This document shows, in pieces, positions 51,166 to 62,517 of a DNA stretch of 64,000 nt (the first letter of the stretch is position 1; every line of letters starts with the position of its first letter). Under the pieces are notes generated by a model. The model saw nothing but the letters and a program-made list of their open reading frames with translations, did not search any database and had not been told where the DNA came from. Both the position numbers and the translations under genes were made by a program. The stretch is from an uncultured Halobacteria archaeon (GTDB taxonomy: Bacteria > Pseudomonadota > Gammaproteobacteria > UBA9214): assembly GCA_963768575.1 (NCBI GenBank), contig CAVYIJ010000009.1:27899-91898 (forward strand). Direction: 5' to 3'.

Positions 51166-51558
51166 ATGATGACTGATCCCATAGCAGATTTTCTGACCCG
51201 TATTCGCAACGGGCAGTCCGCCAGCAAGGTGGAAGTGTCGATGCCGTCTTCACAGCTGAAGTGTGCGATTGCCTCTGTGCTGAAAGACGAGGGTTATATA
51301 ACCGATTTCTCCACGGCGGACATGGAAGGCAAGCTGGTACTGACCGTCATGCTGAAATACTACGATGGCAGGCCGGTGATTGAGAAAATCCAGCGTGCCA
51401 GCCGTCCTGGCCTGCGCCTGTACAAGGGCAAGGACGACATCCCCAGTATCCAGAATGGCCTCGGTGTTGCGATTGTCTCTACCTCCAAGGGTGTGATGAG
51501 CGACCGCCAGGCACGTGCTGCCGGCCAGGGCGGTGAAGTCCTGTGCATAGTGAGTTGA
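51166..51558 (+). CDS. rpsH: 30S ribosomal protein S8
   Basis: [19 protein letters not shown]... Confidence 0.96.
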   Translation: MMTDPIADFLTRIRNGQSASKVEVSMPSSQLKCAIASVLKDEGYITDFSTADMEGKLVLTVMLKYYDGRPVIEKIQRASRPGLRLYKGKDDIPSIQNGLGVAIVSTSKGVMSDRQARAAGQGGEVLCIVS

Positions 51559-51573
51559 TAGGCGGATAACGAC

Positions 51574-52107
51574 ATGTCCAGAATAGCGAACCAACCAATT
51601 CCCGTCCCGGCTTCGGTCGAGATTACAGAGAGCGGCCAGCACATCACCGTGAAGGGCCCGAAGGGCACGCTTGAGCATACGATTCACGGTCAGGTGGAAA
51701 TGTCCCGTCAGGATGCCGAGTTGATGGTCAAGGCGCGCGATGGATCCAAGGCGGCCAATGCGCTGGCCGGGACCACGCGGGCGGTCCTGAATAACCTGGT
51801 GGTCGGTGTCAGCGATGGTTTCGAAAAGAAGCTGGAACTGGTCGGCGTGGGCTACCGCGCCCAGTCGAAGGGCAAGGTGCTCAACCTGACGCTGGGCTTT
51901 TCACACCCGGTTGATTACACATTACCCGACGGCGTGACTGCGGATACGCCCAGCCAGACTGAAATCGTCATCAAGGGCTGCGACAAGCAGAGGGTCGGGC
52001 AGGTTGCAGCCGAAATACGCGCATTCCGTCCGCCGGAGCCGTACAAGGGCAAGGGTGTTCGTTACGCGGATGAACAGGTCGTCCGCAAAGAAGCGAAGAA
52101 AAAATAG
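51574..52107 (+). CDS. rplF: 50S ribosomal protein L6
   Basis: [18 protein letters not shown]... Confidence 0.96.
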   Translation: MSRIANQPIPVPASVEITESGQHITVKGPKGTLEHTIHGQVEMSRQDAELMVKARDGSKAANALAGTTRAVLNNLVVGVSDGFEKKLELVGVGYRAQSKGKVLNLTLGFSHPVDYTLPDGVTADTPSQTEIVIKGCDKQRVGQVAAEIRAFRPPEPYKGKGVRYADEQVVRKEAKKK

Positions 52108-52115
52108 GTAGAGCT

Positions 52116-52469
52116 ATGGACAAGAAAGAGACACGTTTGCGCCGCGCCCGTCGTACCCGCGCGCATATCAAGACACTGGGCGCCAACCGCCTGTGTATTC
52201 ATCGTACGCCGCGGCATATTTATGCACAGGTTATTTCGCCTGACGGTAACAAGGTCATGGTCAGCGCATCCACGCTCGACAAGGAAGTTCGCAAGGATGT
52301 GAAAACGACCGGTGGTGCGGCGGCTGCAACAATGGTCGGCAAGGTTGTGGCAGAGCGTGCAAAGGCTGCCGGTATCACGCGGGTCGCATTTGATCGATCC
52401 GGATTTAAATTTCATGGCCGCGTCAAGGCGCTGGCCGATGCCGCGCGTGAAAGCGGCCTCGAATTCTGA
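52116..52469 (+). CDS. rplR: 50S ribosomal protein L18
   Basis: [19 protein letters not shown]... Confidence 0.96.
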   Translation: MDKKETRLRRARRTRAHIKTLGANRLCIHRTPRHIYAQVISPDGNKVMVSASTLDKEVRKDVKTTGGAAAATMVGKVVAERAKAAGITRVAFDRSGFKFHGRVKALADAARESGLEF

Positions 52470-52483
52470 GCAAGGGTTCTGTT

Positions 52484-52990
52484 ATGGCAAGAGTAGATGC
52501 ACAGGCGCAAGGTGATGGACTGCTGGAAAAGCTCGTTACCGTCAATCGTGTTGCAAAGGTTGTTAAGGGTGGCCGGCAGTTCGGCTTCACTGCGCTGACG
52601 GTCGTCGGTGATGGTGAGGGGCGGGTTGGTTATGGCTATGGCAAGGCGCGTGAAGTGCCGGTTGCAATCCAGAAAGCAATGGAAGCGGCCCGCAAGAACA
52701 TGATCGCCATCAACCTGAACAACGGTACGCTGCAGTACGCGCTGATCGGGCGCCACGGCGCGGCCAAGGTGTTCATGAAGCCGGCCTCCGAGGGTACCGG
52801 TATTATTGCCGGCGGCGCCATGCGCGCCGTGTTCGAGGTGGTCGGTGTTCACAATGTGCTCGCTAAATGTATAGGCTCGAATAACCCGAATAACGTGCTG
52901 CGCGCCACCATCCGCGGCCTGGCGGAGATGAGTTCACCGGAAGACGTGGCAAGCAAGCGTGGCAAGTCAGTCAAGGAAATTCTGGAGTAG
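52484..52990 (+). CDS. rpsE: 30S ribosomal protein S5
   Basis: ...[28 protein letters not shown]... Confidence 0.97.
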   Translation: MARVDAQAQGDGLLEKLVTVNRVAKVVKGGRQFGFTALTVVGDGEGRVGYGYGKAREVPVAIQKAMEAARKNMIAINLNNGTLQYALIGRHGAAKVFMKPASEGTGIIAGGAMRAVFEVVGVHNVLAKCIGSNNPNNVLRATIRGLAEMSSPEDVASKRGKSVKEILE

Positions 52991-52993
52991 GAC

Positions 52994-53176
52994 ATGGGCG
53001 CAAAGAAAATTACGGTTACACAGACGAAGAGCTCCAGTGGCCGCCTTGCAAGTCACAAGGCAACGGTACAGGGCCTGGGATTGCGCCGTATCCGTCATTC
53101 AGTCGAGCTGGACGATACGCCCGAAATTCGCGGCATGATTCACAAGGTTGCTTACATGGTCAGGGTTGAGGATTAG
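52994..53176 (+). CDS. rpmD: 50S ribosomal protein L30
   Basis: [33 protein letters not shown]. Confidence 0.95.
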   Translation: MGAKKITVTQTKSSSGRLASHKATVQGLGLRRIRHSVELDDTPEIRGMIHKVAYMVRVED

Positions 53177-53614
53177 ATGATGCGTCTGAATACATTAAAG
53201 CCTGCCTCCGGCAGCAGACAAACAGGCAAGCGAGTGGGCCGTGGTATCGGCTCCGGGCTGGGCAAGACCGGTGGGCGCGGCCACAAGGGCCAGAAATCGC
53301 GGTCAGGCGGTTTTCACAAGATCGGGTTTGAGGGCGGCCAGATGCCGCTGCAGCGTCGTTTGCCCAAGGTTGGCTTCGTTGCCCGCAAGACACGATTTGT
53401 CGGCGAATTGCGGTTGCACGAACTCGCGGCCGTGGACGCAGCAGTGATCGATCTTAAGGCGCTGCAGGATGCAAACATGGTGTCACGCTGCACCCGCAGT
53501 GTGAAAGTCTTCCTGTCAGGCAAGCTCGACAAGGCCGTGACGCTCAAGGGCATCAAGGTTACGAAGGGTGCTCGCGCAGCCATCGAAGCTGCCGGGGGCA
53601 AAATAGAAGACTGA
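53177..53614 (+). CDS. rplO: 50S ribosomal protein L15
   Basis: [45 protein letters not shown]. Confidence 0.96.
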   Translation: MMRLNTLKPASGSRQTGKRVGRGIGSGLGKTGGRGHKGQKSRSGGFHKIGFEGGQMPLQRRLPKVGFVARKTRFVGELRLHELAAVDAAVIDLKALQDANMVSRCTRSVKVFLSGKLDKAVTLKGIKVTKGARAAIEAAGGKIED

Positions 53615-53615
53615 A

Positions 53616-54971
53616 ATGGCTATCGGGTCCTCAGTAAAAGATGCTGCCGCAGGGGTAGGGCAGTTGAGAGAGCTGCGTCAGCGGCTCTTTTTTGTCATTG
53701 GCGCCATTATCGTTTTTCGTATCGGCACCTTTATTCCGTTGCCGGGAATCGATCCGGTGGTGTTGTCGGCACTGGTCGAGCAGCAGCGCGGCACTATCCT
53801 GGAAATGTTCAACATGTTTTCCGGGGGCGCACTCGAGCGTCTGTCGCTGTTTGCGCTTGGAATCATGCCCTATATATCGGCTTCCATTATCATGAACCTG
53901 CTGACGGTGACGGTTCCGTCGCTCGAGCAGTTGAAGAAAGAAGGCGGTGAGGCCGGACGGCGCAAGATTACCCAGTATACCCGTTACGGTGCTGTCGCCC
54001 TTGCCACCATGCAGGCCTTCGGTATTTCAACGGCCCTTCAGGGCCAGCAGATTGCGGGTGGCAACCTGGTGATCAATCCGGGTCCGGCTTTTATACTGAC
54101 CGCGGTCGTTACCCTGGTCACCGGTACAATTTTCCTGATGTGGCTGGGTGAACAGGTCACCGAGCGCGGCGTGGGTAACGGTATCTCCATAATCATCTTC
54201 GCGGGTATTGTCGCCGGGCTGCCTTCCGCTATTGGCGGCACCCTGGAGCTGGCACGCACCGGGCAAATGAACGTGCTGACCATACTGGTGTTGTTCGCGC
54301 TGGCTATTGCGGTGACGGGCTTCGTTGTTTTTGTGGAGCGCGGACAGCGGCGAATAACCGTCAACTATGCCAAGCGCCAGCAGGGCCGCAAGGTATATGC
54401 CGCGCAGAGTACCCACCTGCCGCTGAAGCTGAATATGGCAGGCGTTATACCGCCGATTTTCGCATCCAGCATTATCCTGTTCCCGGCTACCATGGGCAGT
54501 TGGGTCGGACAAAACGAGGGTATGGGCTGGCTTCGGGATATTTCGGCCGCCTTGTCGCCGGGGCAGCCGTTGTACGTGCTGTTCTATGCGCTGGCCATCG
54601 TGTTTTTCTGCTTTTTTTATACTGCTTTGGTATTCAATGCCAAGGACACGGCGGACAACCTGAAAAAGTCCGGCGCATTCATACCCGGAATCAGGCCCGG
54701 CGAACAAACGGCCAGGTATATCGATGACGTCATGACGCGGCTGACCACTGCCGGTGCCGTGTACATCACGCTGGTTTGCCTGATGCCGGAATTTCTGATT
54801 CTGTACTGGAATGTACCGTTTTATTTCGGCGGTACATCGCTGTTGATTATTGTCGTGGTGACCATGGACTTCATGGCGCAGGTTCAGACCCACCTGGTTT
54901 CGCACCAGTACAAGGGGTTGATGGAGAAGGCGAACCTGAAAGGCTACGGCGGGAAAGGCATGCTGCGTTAG
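53616..54971 (+). CDS. secY: Preprotein translocase subunit SecY
   Basis: 451 aa, 10 TM; ...[12 protein letters not shown]... / [15 protein letters not shown]. Confidence 0.97.
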   Translation: MAIGSSVKDAAAGVGQLRELRQRLFFVIGAIIVFRIGTFIPLPGIDPVVLSALVEQQRGTILEMFNMFSGGALERLSLFALGIMPYISASIIMNLLTVTVPSLEQLKKEGGEAGRRKITQYTRYGAVALATMQAFGISTALQGQQIAGGNLVINPGPAFILTAVVTLVTGTIFLMWLGEQVTERGVGNGISIIIFAGIVAGLPSAIGGTLELARTGQMNVLTILVLFALAIAVTGFVVFVERGQRRITVNYAKRQQGRKVYAAQSTHLPLKLNMAGVIPPIFASSIILFPATMGSWVGQNEGMGWLRDISAALSPGQPLYVLFYALAIVFFCFFYTALVFNAKDTADNLKKSGAFIPGIRPGEQTARYIDDVMTRLTTAGAVYITLVCLMPEFLILYWNVPFYFGGTSLLIIVVVTMDFMAQVQTHLVSHQYKGLMEKANLKGYGGKGMLR

Positions 54972-54998
54972 CAGCCGGCCAACAAGAGGTAAAACGAG

Positions 54999-55112
54999 AT
55001 GAAAGTGCGAGCATCGGTCAAGCGTATTTGCCGTAACTGCAAGGTCATCCGGCGTAATGGAGTGGTGCGGGTCATCTGTAAAGACGGCCGCCACAAACAG
55101 CGCCAGGGCTAG
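54999..55112 (+). CDS. rpmJ: 50S ribosomal protein L36
   Basis: Short ORF below track cutoff: [37 protein letters not shown] (zinc-ribbon C..C...C); GAGG RBS upstream. Confidence 0.9.
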   Translation: MKVRASVKRICRNCKVIRRNGVVRVICKDGRHKQRQG

Positions 55113-55282
55113 GCAGCCGAGCATTTATGCAAGCCATTGATTTATTTATATATATGATAAGTGAACGTGAGGCGGCCGCCTGCCGGCGGGTGTCTATTTG
55201 TGTTTGATTTATTGGCGGCCCGAAGCTATCCTTACCTGCTTTTCGCGCCGCGCTCTTGAAGCGTGTGCTGGAGACGATTTAA

Positions 55283-55639
55283 ATGGCCCGTATAGCCGGA
55301 ATTAACATTGCAGATCACAAACATGCGGAGATCGCCCTGACGGGTATCTACGGCATCGGCCGTGTTACTGCGCGCAAAATTTGTGGCGATTCCGGTATCA
55401 AGCCGGAAATCAAGATCAAGGACCTGACCGAGGCCGAACTTGATTCACTGCGTAACGAAGTGACCAAGTACAACATCGAGGGTGATTTGCGACGCACCAT
55501 CTCCATGAACATCAAGCGCCTGATGGACCTGGGTAGTTACCGGGGTATCCGGCATCGCCGTGGCCTGCCGTTACGCGGGCAGCGGACACGAACCAACGCA
55601 CGTACCCGCAAGGGTCCGCGTCGTCCAATCCGCAAGTAA
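55283..55639 (+). CDS. rpsM: 30S ribosomal protein S13
   Basis: [26 protein letters not shown]... Confidence 0.97.
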   Translation: MARIAGINIADHKHAEIALTGIYGIGRVTARKICGDSGIKPEIKIKDLTEAELDSLRNEVTKYNIEGDLRRTISMNIKRLMDLGSYRGIRHRRGLPLRGQRTRTNARTRKGPRRPIRK

Positions 55640-55671
55640 GTTAAACAGAAATCCGGAACCGGGAAACAAGT

Positions 55672-56055
55672 ATGGCAAAGGCACCAGTACGCAAGAAAGT
55701 GAAAAAGAATGTCGCTGACGGCATTGCTCACATTCATGCTTCGTTCAACAACACGATCATCATGATTACTGACCGGCAGGGTAATTCCCTCGCCTGGGCA
55801 ACGGCGGGAGGTTCCGGTTTTCGCGGGTCCCGTAAAAGTACGCCATTCGCGGCACAGGTTGCTGCCGAGCGTGCCGGTGAGAAGGTGAAAGAGTACGGCA
55901 TGAAGAATCTCGAAGTCGAGGTCAAGGGCCCGGGCCCGGGCCGTGAATCGGCGGTGCGTGCCCTGAATAACTGCGGTTTCCAGATAACCAATATTACTGA
56001 CGTGACGCCGATACCGCACAATGGCTGTCGTCCGCCGAAGAAGCGTCGGGTCTAG
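55672..56055 (+). CDS. rpsK: 30S ribosomal protein S11
   Basis: ...[30 protein letters not shown]... Confidence 0.97.
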   Translation: MAKAPVRKKVKKNVADGIAHIHASFNNTIIMITDRQGNSLAWATAGGSGFRGSRKSTPFAAQVAAERAGEKVKEYGMKNLEVEVKGPGPGRESAVRALNNCGFQITNITDVTPIPHNGCRPPKKRRV

Positions 56056-56074
56056 TCGGGGAAAGGAAAAGATT

Positions 56075-56701
56075 ATGGCAAAGTATATCGGCTCCAAGTG
56101 CCGCCAGTGCCGGCGCGAAGGTGGCAAACTTTATCTGAAAGGCGAAAAGTGTTTCACATCCAAGTGCGCGGTGGAGAGCCGGCCATTTCCGCCTGGCCAG
56201 CATGGCCAGCGCCGGACACGCCTGTCGGACTACGCCAACCAGTTACGCGAGAAGCAGAAAGTGCGGCGTATTTACGGTGTACTCGAGCGGCAATTCCGCA
56301 ACTACTACAAGAAGGCAGCTTCCACCAAGGGTTCTACCGGCGATAACCTGCTGCAGTTGCTGGAAGGCCGCCTCGATAATATCGTATACCGCATGGGTTT
56401 TTCGGCATCCCGCAGCGAGTCACGGCAGCTGGTGCGCCACAACGGGATCAGCGTAAACGGTTCGCGGGTGAATGTCCCGTCCTACCAGGTGCAACCCAAT
56501 GATGTTGTCAGCATAAACGAGAAGTGCCGCAAGCAATTGCGCATACAGTCAGCCATGGATCTTGCACAGCAGCGCGGCATCTCTGACTGGATCGATGTGG
56601 ACATCAAGAAAATGGAGGGTGTGTACAAGACACGCCCGGAGCGCAGTGAACTGCCGGCCGACATCAATGAACACCTGATTGTCGAATTGTATTCCAAGTA
56701 A
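56075..56701 (+). CDS. rpsD: 30S ribosomal protein S4
   Basis: [32 protein letters not shown]...; internal Met of ORF 56021-56701 by homology. Confidence 0.96.
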   Translation: MAKYIGSKCRQCRREGGKLYLKGEKCFTSKCAVESRPFPPGQHGQRRTRLSDYANQLREKQKVRRIYGVLERQFRNYYKKAASTKGSTGDNLLQLLEGRLDNIVYRMGFSASRSESRQLVRHNGISVNGSRVNVPSYQVQPNDVVSINEKCRKQLRIQSAMDLAQQRGISDWIDVDIKKMEGVYKTRPERSELPADINEHLIVELYSK

Positions 56702-56720
56702 TCGGTGAGGGTCTAAATTC

Positions 56721-57728
56721 ATGCTCGGTAATATCAACGAATTTCTCAAGCCGCGCATCGTCGATGTGCAGGCAATCAGCGAGAGTCACGCCAGGGTTAC
56801 ACTGGAGCCGCTGGAACGCGGTTTTGGCCATACGCTCGGCAATGCACTGCGCCGCATACTGCTGTCGTCAATGCCCGGATCGGCCATTATCAATGCCGAG
56901 ATCAACGGTGTACTGCATGAGTACTCCACGCTCGAAGGTGTGCAGGAAGATGTCATCGATATCCTGCTGAACCTGAAAAAAGTGGCGCTGCGCATGCACA
57001 ATCGTGACGAGGCAAAACTGGTCCTGAACAAAAAGGGTCCGGGTCCCGTCACCGCCGGAGATATTACGCTCGACCATGATATCGAGGTCATCAATCCTGA
57101 CTTCGTGATCGCCAACCTGACCAAGGCAGGCGAGCTTTCCATGACGCTGAATGTTGCCAAGGGCCGTGGTTACCAGCCGGCAACGCGCCGCGATACCGAG
57201 GAAAGCGAGGGTCGTGCCATCGGCAGTCTGCAGCTGGATGCTTCATTCAGCCCGGTTAGCCGTATCTCCTATAACGTCGACCGTGCCCGCGTCGAACAGC
57301 GCACCGACCTCGACAAGCTGATTATCGATATCGAGACGAATGGTACGGTAGATCCGGAAGAGGCGATTCGGCATGCCGCTACCATCCTGCAGGACCAGCT
57401 GTCTGCGTTCGTCGACCTGCAGGCAAGCGCCGAGGAAAGCACCATTGCTCCAGAGGCCGATATCGATCCCATCCTGCTGCGGCCGGTGGATGATCTCGAA
57501 TTGACCGTGCGTTCGGCAAACTGCCTGAAGGCGGAGAGTATCTACTTCATCGGTGACCTCATCCAGCGTACCGAGGTCGAGTTACTGAAGACCCCGAACC
57601 TGGGCAAGAAGTCACTGACCGAAATCAAGGATGTCCTTGCCACCAAGGGCCTGTCGCTCGGTATGCGACTGGAAAACTGGCCACCCGCCAGCCTGGGTGC
57701 GCGTGACACCGAAGCAGCGACCGGCTGA
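56721..57728 (+). CDS. rpoA: DNA-directed RNA polymerase alpha subunit
   Basis: 335 aa; ...[46 protein letters not shown]. Confidence 0.97.
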   Translation: MLGNINEFLKPRIVDVQAISESHARVTLEPLERGFGHTLGNALRRILLSSMPGSAIINAEINGVLHEYSTLEGVQEDVIDILLNLKKVALRMHNRDEAKLVLNKKGPGPVTAGDITLDHDIEVINPDFVIANLTKAGELSMTLNVAKGRGYQPATRRDTEESEGRAIGSLQLDASFSPVSRISYNVDRARVEQRTDLDKLIIDIETNGTVDPEEAIRHAATILQDQLSAFVDLQASAEESTIAPEADIDPILLRPVDDLELTVRSANCLKAESIYFIGDLIQRTEVELLKTPNLGKKSLTEIKDVLATKGLSLGMRLENWPPASLGARDTEAATG

Positions 57729-57761
57729 TCACAGCTGATCACCTAAACAGGGAACAGGAAA

Positions 57762-58148
57762 ATGCGTCATCGTAAGTCAGGACGGCAATTAAACCGCAAC
57801 AGCTCTCATCGCAGCGCCATGTTCAGGAACATGACTGTTTCACTGCTGCGCCACGAGGCCATCAAGACCACCTTGCCAAAGGCCAAGGAGCTGCGCCGCG
57901 TGGCCGAGCCGCTGATAACCATGGCCGGCAACGATACCGTGCACAAGCGCCGCGTCGCCTTCAGCCGGTTGCGTGACCGCGATGTCGTCGGCAAGCTGTT
58001 CAACGAACTGGGCCCGCGTTACAAGGACCGCCCCGGCGGTTACCTGCGTATCCTCAAGATGGGTTTCCGTACCGGTGACAAGGCCCCGATGGCGTATGTC
58101 GAACTGGTCGATCGCCCGGCAGCCGATGAAGAGGCGACTGCCGAGTAA
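57762..58148 (+). CDS. rplQ: 50S ribosomal protein L17
   Basis: [24 protein letters not shown]... Confidence 0.97.
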   Translation: MRHRKSGRQLNRNSSHRSAMFRNMTVSLLRHEAIKTTLPKAKELRRVAEPLITMAGNDTVHKRRVAFSRLRDRDVVGKLFNELGPRYKDRPGGYLRILKMGFRTGDKAPMAYVELVDRPAADEEATAE

Positions 58149-58165
58149 TTGCACGGGATAACAAC

Positions 58166-58206
58166 AACAAAAAAGCCGGGCATTGCCCGGCTTTTTTGTT
58201 GTCAAT
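58166..58206. terminator. Bidirectional rho-independent terminator (perfect palindrome ACAACAAAAAAGCCGGGCattgCCCGGCTTTTTTGTTGT)
   Basis: GC stem flanked by A-run and T-run; ends alpha operon. Confidence 0.85.
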
Positions 58207-58362
58207 CGCGCCTGCGGCGCGCCCCTGCAATGGATATTTCAGCTGCAGGAGCGGACCGCATCCGCGAACAAAAATTCACCTCGGAGCAGGTTCGCGCCTG
58301 GCCGCTCCCGGCATCCTGCCTCCCGCGGCACTTGTACATCCATGTACATCGCAAGGCGCGAA

Positions 58363-60069
58363 TCACTGCGTATCCAGCAACACCGCCTGTTCGGGCATAT
58401 CCCGAATAATTTCGCGGTCCCGGAAACTGAAACCGTCTTCCAGGCCGCTGATGATCGGCAGGTCCCGTTCGTAGATATCGCGATTGAACATGACCTCGCC
58501 ATCCTCGTTTACGGTGACCGTCCAGTAGAGCATGACAATGGTGACCGGCTCCGCCAGGTTGACGGTCTTCGTCCGGAAGGAATCCACTGTTACCTGTAAC
58601 CGTTCCCGGTCCCAGCCGGTATTGCCTGCGAGCAGCAGCTCGGCAAGATCGTAGGGCTTCTCGATACGTATGCACCCCGAGCTGAACGCGCGATCGGCTT
58701 TTTCGAACAGTGATTTGCTCGGTGTGTCGTGCAGGTACACGGAGTGCCGGTTCGGAAACATGAACTTGATTCTGCCCAGGGCGTTCTTCGGCCCGGGCTG
58801 TTGGCGAATCAGGTAAGGGAAATTCTTTCCCGTGTACCGGGTCCAGTCGATGCTGTCCGGATCGACCGGATTGCGATCGTAATCGATGATCTCCATGCCC
58901 TTGACATCCAGGTAGCCCGGATTGGCACGCACTTCAGGCAATACATCCTCGTCGAGGATGGTCGGCGGCACTGTCCAGGTGGGATTGATATCCATGTAGG
59001 TGAGCATTGAGCGGAATACCGGCGATTCGCGCACCGGCCGTCCGACCTGGGCGCGTGACTCCCAGATGACTTTATTGTCGCGGAAGAAGCGCGCCTTGAA
59101 ACCGGCGATATCGACCATGATGTAGGTGTTCGGCAGGTCATGCAGCACCCAGCGCGCACGTTCCAGGTTGGCGCGAATCTGGTCGATGCGCGTGTCGACC
59201 GGTACGTTCATCTCGGCAAGCGTCTTGCGACCGACGCGACCATCATCATGCAGTCCGTGACGGCGCTGGAAGTGTTTGACGCCTTCGGCAACGGCATCGT
59301 CGAAGACCGGGAAAAACATGTCCTGGGTCGACAGGTCGCCGGTTGCGATCAGCCGTGCGCGTAATGCGAGGACCCGCTCGCCCGTGCTGCCCGGCTTCAG
59401 GGTCGGGCCGGGCGGTACCGGGCGCCAGCCACCCAGTAAATCGAAAAGACGGTATTTCTTCAGCGCCATCCGCAGTTGTTCATAGCTATCCGACTGTGGC
59501 CGCAGCAAATGGACCAGCTGGTCGACATTGCCGTGATCGATGGAGTCGCCAAGCAGCAGCAGTTTGTCCAGGTCATCGAAGTAACGGGACATGTTCCAGT
59601 TCGAGTCGAGGGCCTCGGGGTCCACCTTGCCGAATTGCAGGTGGTAACCCAGGCGTACCAGGCTGTCGGTGAGCAGCAGGTCAAAATCCGCTGTCAGCTG
59701 CGGGTCGAATGACGTCGTGGCTTCGAGGCGCTGCCGGTAATCTTTCAATACGTCGAGGTTGTAGTCCGAGGGTTTCAGCCCGTCATTGTCGATGGCCTCG
59801 ATCGCATCGAGCAGCTGCGAGGCGGACTCGGGATTGACCCAGGCCGGGGCATAGTTGCGCTGCTGGTAAAATGCGGGCAGGAGAATGCGCGAAGCGATCC
59901 TGGTGGCGCCGATCATGACGGAAAGGCCGGCATTGATGTCTTCAACCCGCGACTGGATTGACTCGCGCAGGGTGATTTCAGCCGGTGCGCCGGTGGATAC
60001 CAGCACCAGCGTAATCACCAGCAGACAGTTGACTGGAAAGCCGCGCTTTCCTGTTGGCAGTTTTTTCAT
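58363..60069 (-). CDS. L,D-transpeptidase (YcbB/LdtD-like) with peptidoglycan-binding domain
   Basis: 568 aa; signal/TM N-terminus; PG-binding segment GSTGERVLALRARLIATGDL; YkuD catalytic motif HDTPSKSLFEKADRAFSSGCIRIE. Confidence 0.85.
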   Translation of the reverse strand: MKKLPTGKRGFPVNCLLVITLVLVSTGAPAEITLRESIQSRVEDINAGLSVMIGATRIASRILLPAFYQQRNYAPAWVNPESASQLLDAIEAIDNDGLKPSDYNLDVLKDYRQRLEATTSFDPQLTADFDLLLTDSLVRLGYHLQFGKVDPEALDSNWNMSRYFDDLDKLLLLGDSIDHGNVDQLVHLLRPQSDSYEQLRMALKKYRLFDLLGGWRPVPPGPTLKPGSTGERVLALRARLIATGDLSTQDMFFPVFDDAVAEGVKHFQRRHGLHDDGRVGRKTLAEMNVPVDTRIDQIRANLERARWVLHDLPNTYIMVDIAGFKARFFRDNKVIWESRAQVGRPVRESPVFRSMLTYMDINPTWTVPPTILDEDVLPEVRANPGYLDVKGMEIIDYDRNPVDPDSIDWTRYTGKNFPYLIRQQPGPKNALGRIKFMFPNRHSVYLHDTPSKSLFEKADRAFSSGCIRIEKPYDLAELLLAGNTGWDRERLQVTVDSFRTKTVNLAEPVTIVMLYWTVTVNEDGEVMFNRDIYERDLPIISGLEDGFSFRDREIIRDMPEQAVLLDTQ

Positions 60070-60344
60070 TGTTATTCTGGCTGACCCACTGCAAGTCCTT
60101 GTAATGTATCAATTATAGGACAAATATGGCGGGCGCGTATACCTTGTTTATTATCCGTTATGGCCCCTTTTTGGCTGGAATTACCCGTGCTTACAGGCTT
60201 TCCGGGGTGTTGTTTGCATTATATTCGGCGCTCATGCACCGCCATTCGGCAGGCTTCGGGCCTGTAGAGATATCATGCCATAGCCGTGGTGGCAGGGAAT
60301 TGTCCTTAAGTCCTAGTCGGGCGAGCCCGCCAGGGACGCCTGTA

Positions 60345-60623
60345 TCAGAGGCGCTTGCCGGCCAGGGTCGGCGTCTTGTCGGTGCGGGTTTCCAGCTTCA
60401 GGTAGCTGACCAGGCGGACGCTGCCACGTGCATGCATGGCCTCGTGTACCCGGCCAACGGCGGTGAGGATGTCCGCCAGTTCGCCCTCGATATTGGTGCC
60501 GGCGGCGTGGGTCTCGAGGATAAAGTCAGAGTCCTGCAGCAACTCGACGATTTGTTTGACCTCCGCCCGTACCGAGACGCCGCTGCCCACCGGGATGACC
60601 TGTAATTCTGCGGTTGCTTTCAT
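60345..60623 (-). CDS. MTH1187/YkoF-family (DUF77) small protein (start at MKATAELQ; ORF opens at 60689 with GTG)
   Basis: MKATAELQVIPVGSGVSVRAEVKQIVELLQDSDFILETHAAGTNIEGE... Confidence 0.6.
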   Translation of the reverse strand: MKATAELQVIPVGSGVSVRAEVKQIVELLQDSDFILETHAAGTNIEGELADILTAVGRVHEAMHARGSVRLVSYLKLETRTDKTPTLAGKRL

Positions 60624-60692
60624 GGTATTGAACTCACTATGGCGGCACCAGTCTATAGTGTAGCTGTAAACCGGCATGACAGGAATCACTCG

Positions 60693-61403
60693 ATGAAATT
60701 TGCATGGTCCCCGTTGCTTGCGTTACTGGCCTGTACGGTCAACGCCGATACACTGTCAATGAACAGCGGCGAACGCCAGGTAACCCTGCTGGAGTTGTAT
60801 ACATCCCAGGGTTGCAGCAGTTGTCCGCCGGCCGAGCGCTGGCTGAATGATTACGTCGACGATGACAATTTATGGGGCAAGATCGTCCCGGTTGCCTTCC
60901 ATGTTGATTACTGGGACTACATCGGCTGGAAGGACGGCTTTGCAACACCTGGCAACGGTGAACGGCAGCGGGACTATGCCCGTGCCGGGAAGGCGCGCAC
61001 CGTCTATACGCCGGGATTCTTCGCCAATGGCCGCGAGTGGCGCGGCTGGACCTTCGGCATGGGACCGCGCGCGAGTAACAGTCGTCCGGGCAGTCTTGAG
61101 GCGACCCTTGACGGGCAGCGGTTGACCGCACGTTATGCGGACAACAAGCAGCCGCTCGAACTCAATATAGCGATCCTCGGTTTCGGCATCGATACCCGTG
61201 TGGAGCGCGGGGAGAACCGCAACAGTACCCTGCGCCAGGAGTTCGTGTCGCTGGCGCACGTGACCCACCCCTCAAGCAACGGGCAATGGCGAGGTTTCCC
61301 TGCCTGGATATTCACGCAACGGTGCTGCCCGGCTTGGCATCGCCGTCTGGGTCAGCGAGCCGGACCACCCGGCACCCTTGCAGGCGACGGGTGGCTGGCT
61401 TGA
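60693..61403 (+). CDS. DUF1223-family secreted thioredoxin-like protein (C-terminal ~35 aa look out-of-frame)
   Basis: MKFAWSPLLALLACTVNA signal; LYTSQGCSSCPPAE motif; tail ...QRCCPAWHRRLGQRAGPPGTLAG is non-protein-like, suggesting a late frameshift. Confidence 0.55.
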   Translation: MKFAWSPLLALLACTVNADTLSMNSGERQVTLLELYTSQGCSSCPPAERWLNDYVDDDNLWGKIVPVAFHVDYWDYIGWKDGFATPGNGERQRDYARAGKARTVYTPGFFANGREWRGWTFGMGPRASNSRPGSLEATLDGQRLTARYADNKQPLELNIAILGFGIDTRVERGENRNSTLRQEFVSLAHVTHPSSNGQWRGFPAWIFTQRCCPAWHRRLGQRAGPPGTLAGDGWLA

Positions 61404-61465
61404 ATGAGGCCGTGATCGGTCCATAATCAGGGCATCACGAATCCGTTTCAGGACTTGCCAGCAGA

Positions 61466-61831
61466 ATGGTTGAATATCCCGGTACACGTTTGCCCGCTGC
61501 CCTGCGCGACTGGGGGACGAATGATTTTGAACGGACATTGCAAGCCGAAATCATGGCCCTCGATGCCGGCATCCTTCCGCTGCAGGGTGTCACCGGCCGG
61601 GGCGGCCGGGTTGATAGCCGTGTGGACGTCACGTTAATCAGCAGTCACGATGGCGGACAGGTGATACAGGCGAAGGTCGGGGTATTCTTTGGCGAGATCA
61701 TCGGTGGATGCAGCTGTGGCGACGATCCGTTTACACAACCGGCGTACTGCATGCTGCTCGTCACAATAGAAAAGCAAACGGCCAGCGCCGGCTTTGAAGT
61801 GATCGAAGAGCCGGAACGGGATGGTATATAA
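61466..61831 (+). CDS. Hypothetical protein
   Basis: 121-aa ORF; no family recognised. Confidence 0.35.
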   Translation: MVEYPGTRLPAALRDWGTNDFERTLQAEIMALDAGILPLQGVTGRGGRVDSRVDVTLISSHDGGQVIQAKVGVFFGEIIGGCSCGDDPFTQPAYCMLLVTIEKQTASAGFEVIEEPERDGI

Positions 61832-61848
61832 ATGTATGGAGGTGCGAA

Positions 61849-62271
61849 ATGACTGACAAACCCGGGAAGGGCGGGTGCCTGTGTGGTGCGGTGCGTTTCA
61901 GTGCGGTGGCGTGCAGCAGTCACGTCGGTGCCTGTCATTGCGGCATGTGCAGGAAATGGGGCGGTGGCCCGTTGCTGGCGGTGGATTGCGGCAATGATGT
62001 CACCTTTACCGGCGAAGATTCCATTGGCGTGTATTCGTCCTCGGACTGGGCCGAGCGCGGCTTCTGCAAGCATTGCGGCAGTCACCTGTTTTACCGCCTC
62101 AAGGGCAACAACCAGCACATCATGCCGATCGGCCTGTTCGATGACATCGATACGCCGGTATTCGATCACCAGGTCTTTATCGATGCGAAGCCGGACTGGT
62201 ACGAGTTCGCCAACCAGACGAAGAACATGACGGGGGAAGAGGTGTTTGCCCTGTATGCACCAAAAGACTAG
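61849..62271 (+). CDS. GFA-family (glutathione-dependent formaldehyde-activating / CENP-V-like) zinc protein
   Basis: GGCLCGAVRF...CHCGMCRKWGG...CKHCGSHLF cysteine pattern. Confidence 0.75.
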   Translation: MTDKPGKGGCLCGAVRFSAVACSSHVGACHCGMCRKWGGGPLLAVDCGNDVTFTGEDSIGVYSSSDWAERGFCKHCGSHLFYRLKGNNQHIMPIGLFDDIDTPVFDHQVFIDAKPDWYEFANQTKNMTGEEVFALYAPKD

Positions 62272-62517
62272 CGCGCCTGATGCCACGCGTCATTGCGCGC
62301 ACGATGTCTATGGAAATACGCGTGTCGCTCTCGCACATCCCTGTGCTCCGTGACACTCGGGCTTTCCTGTCCGTCGCCGCCGTGAGGCGGGAAGCCGTGA
62401 GTGGTCAGCGCAGCAATCCCGAACAAAGCGGGCCATGTCCTGAAAATCATTCCGTCACTTCGCTCTTCGCAATGACGCGACATCTGATGTAAAAAAAATG
62501 TTGATACAGCGTAAATC

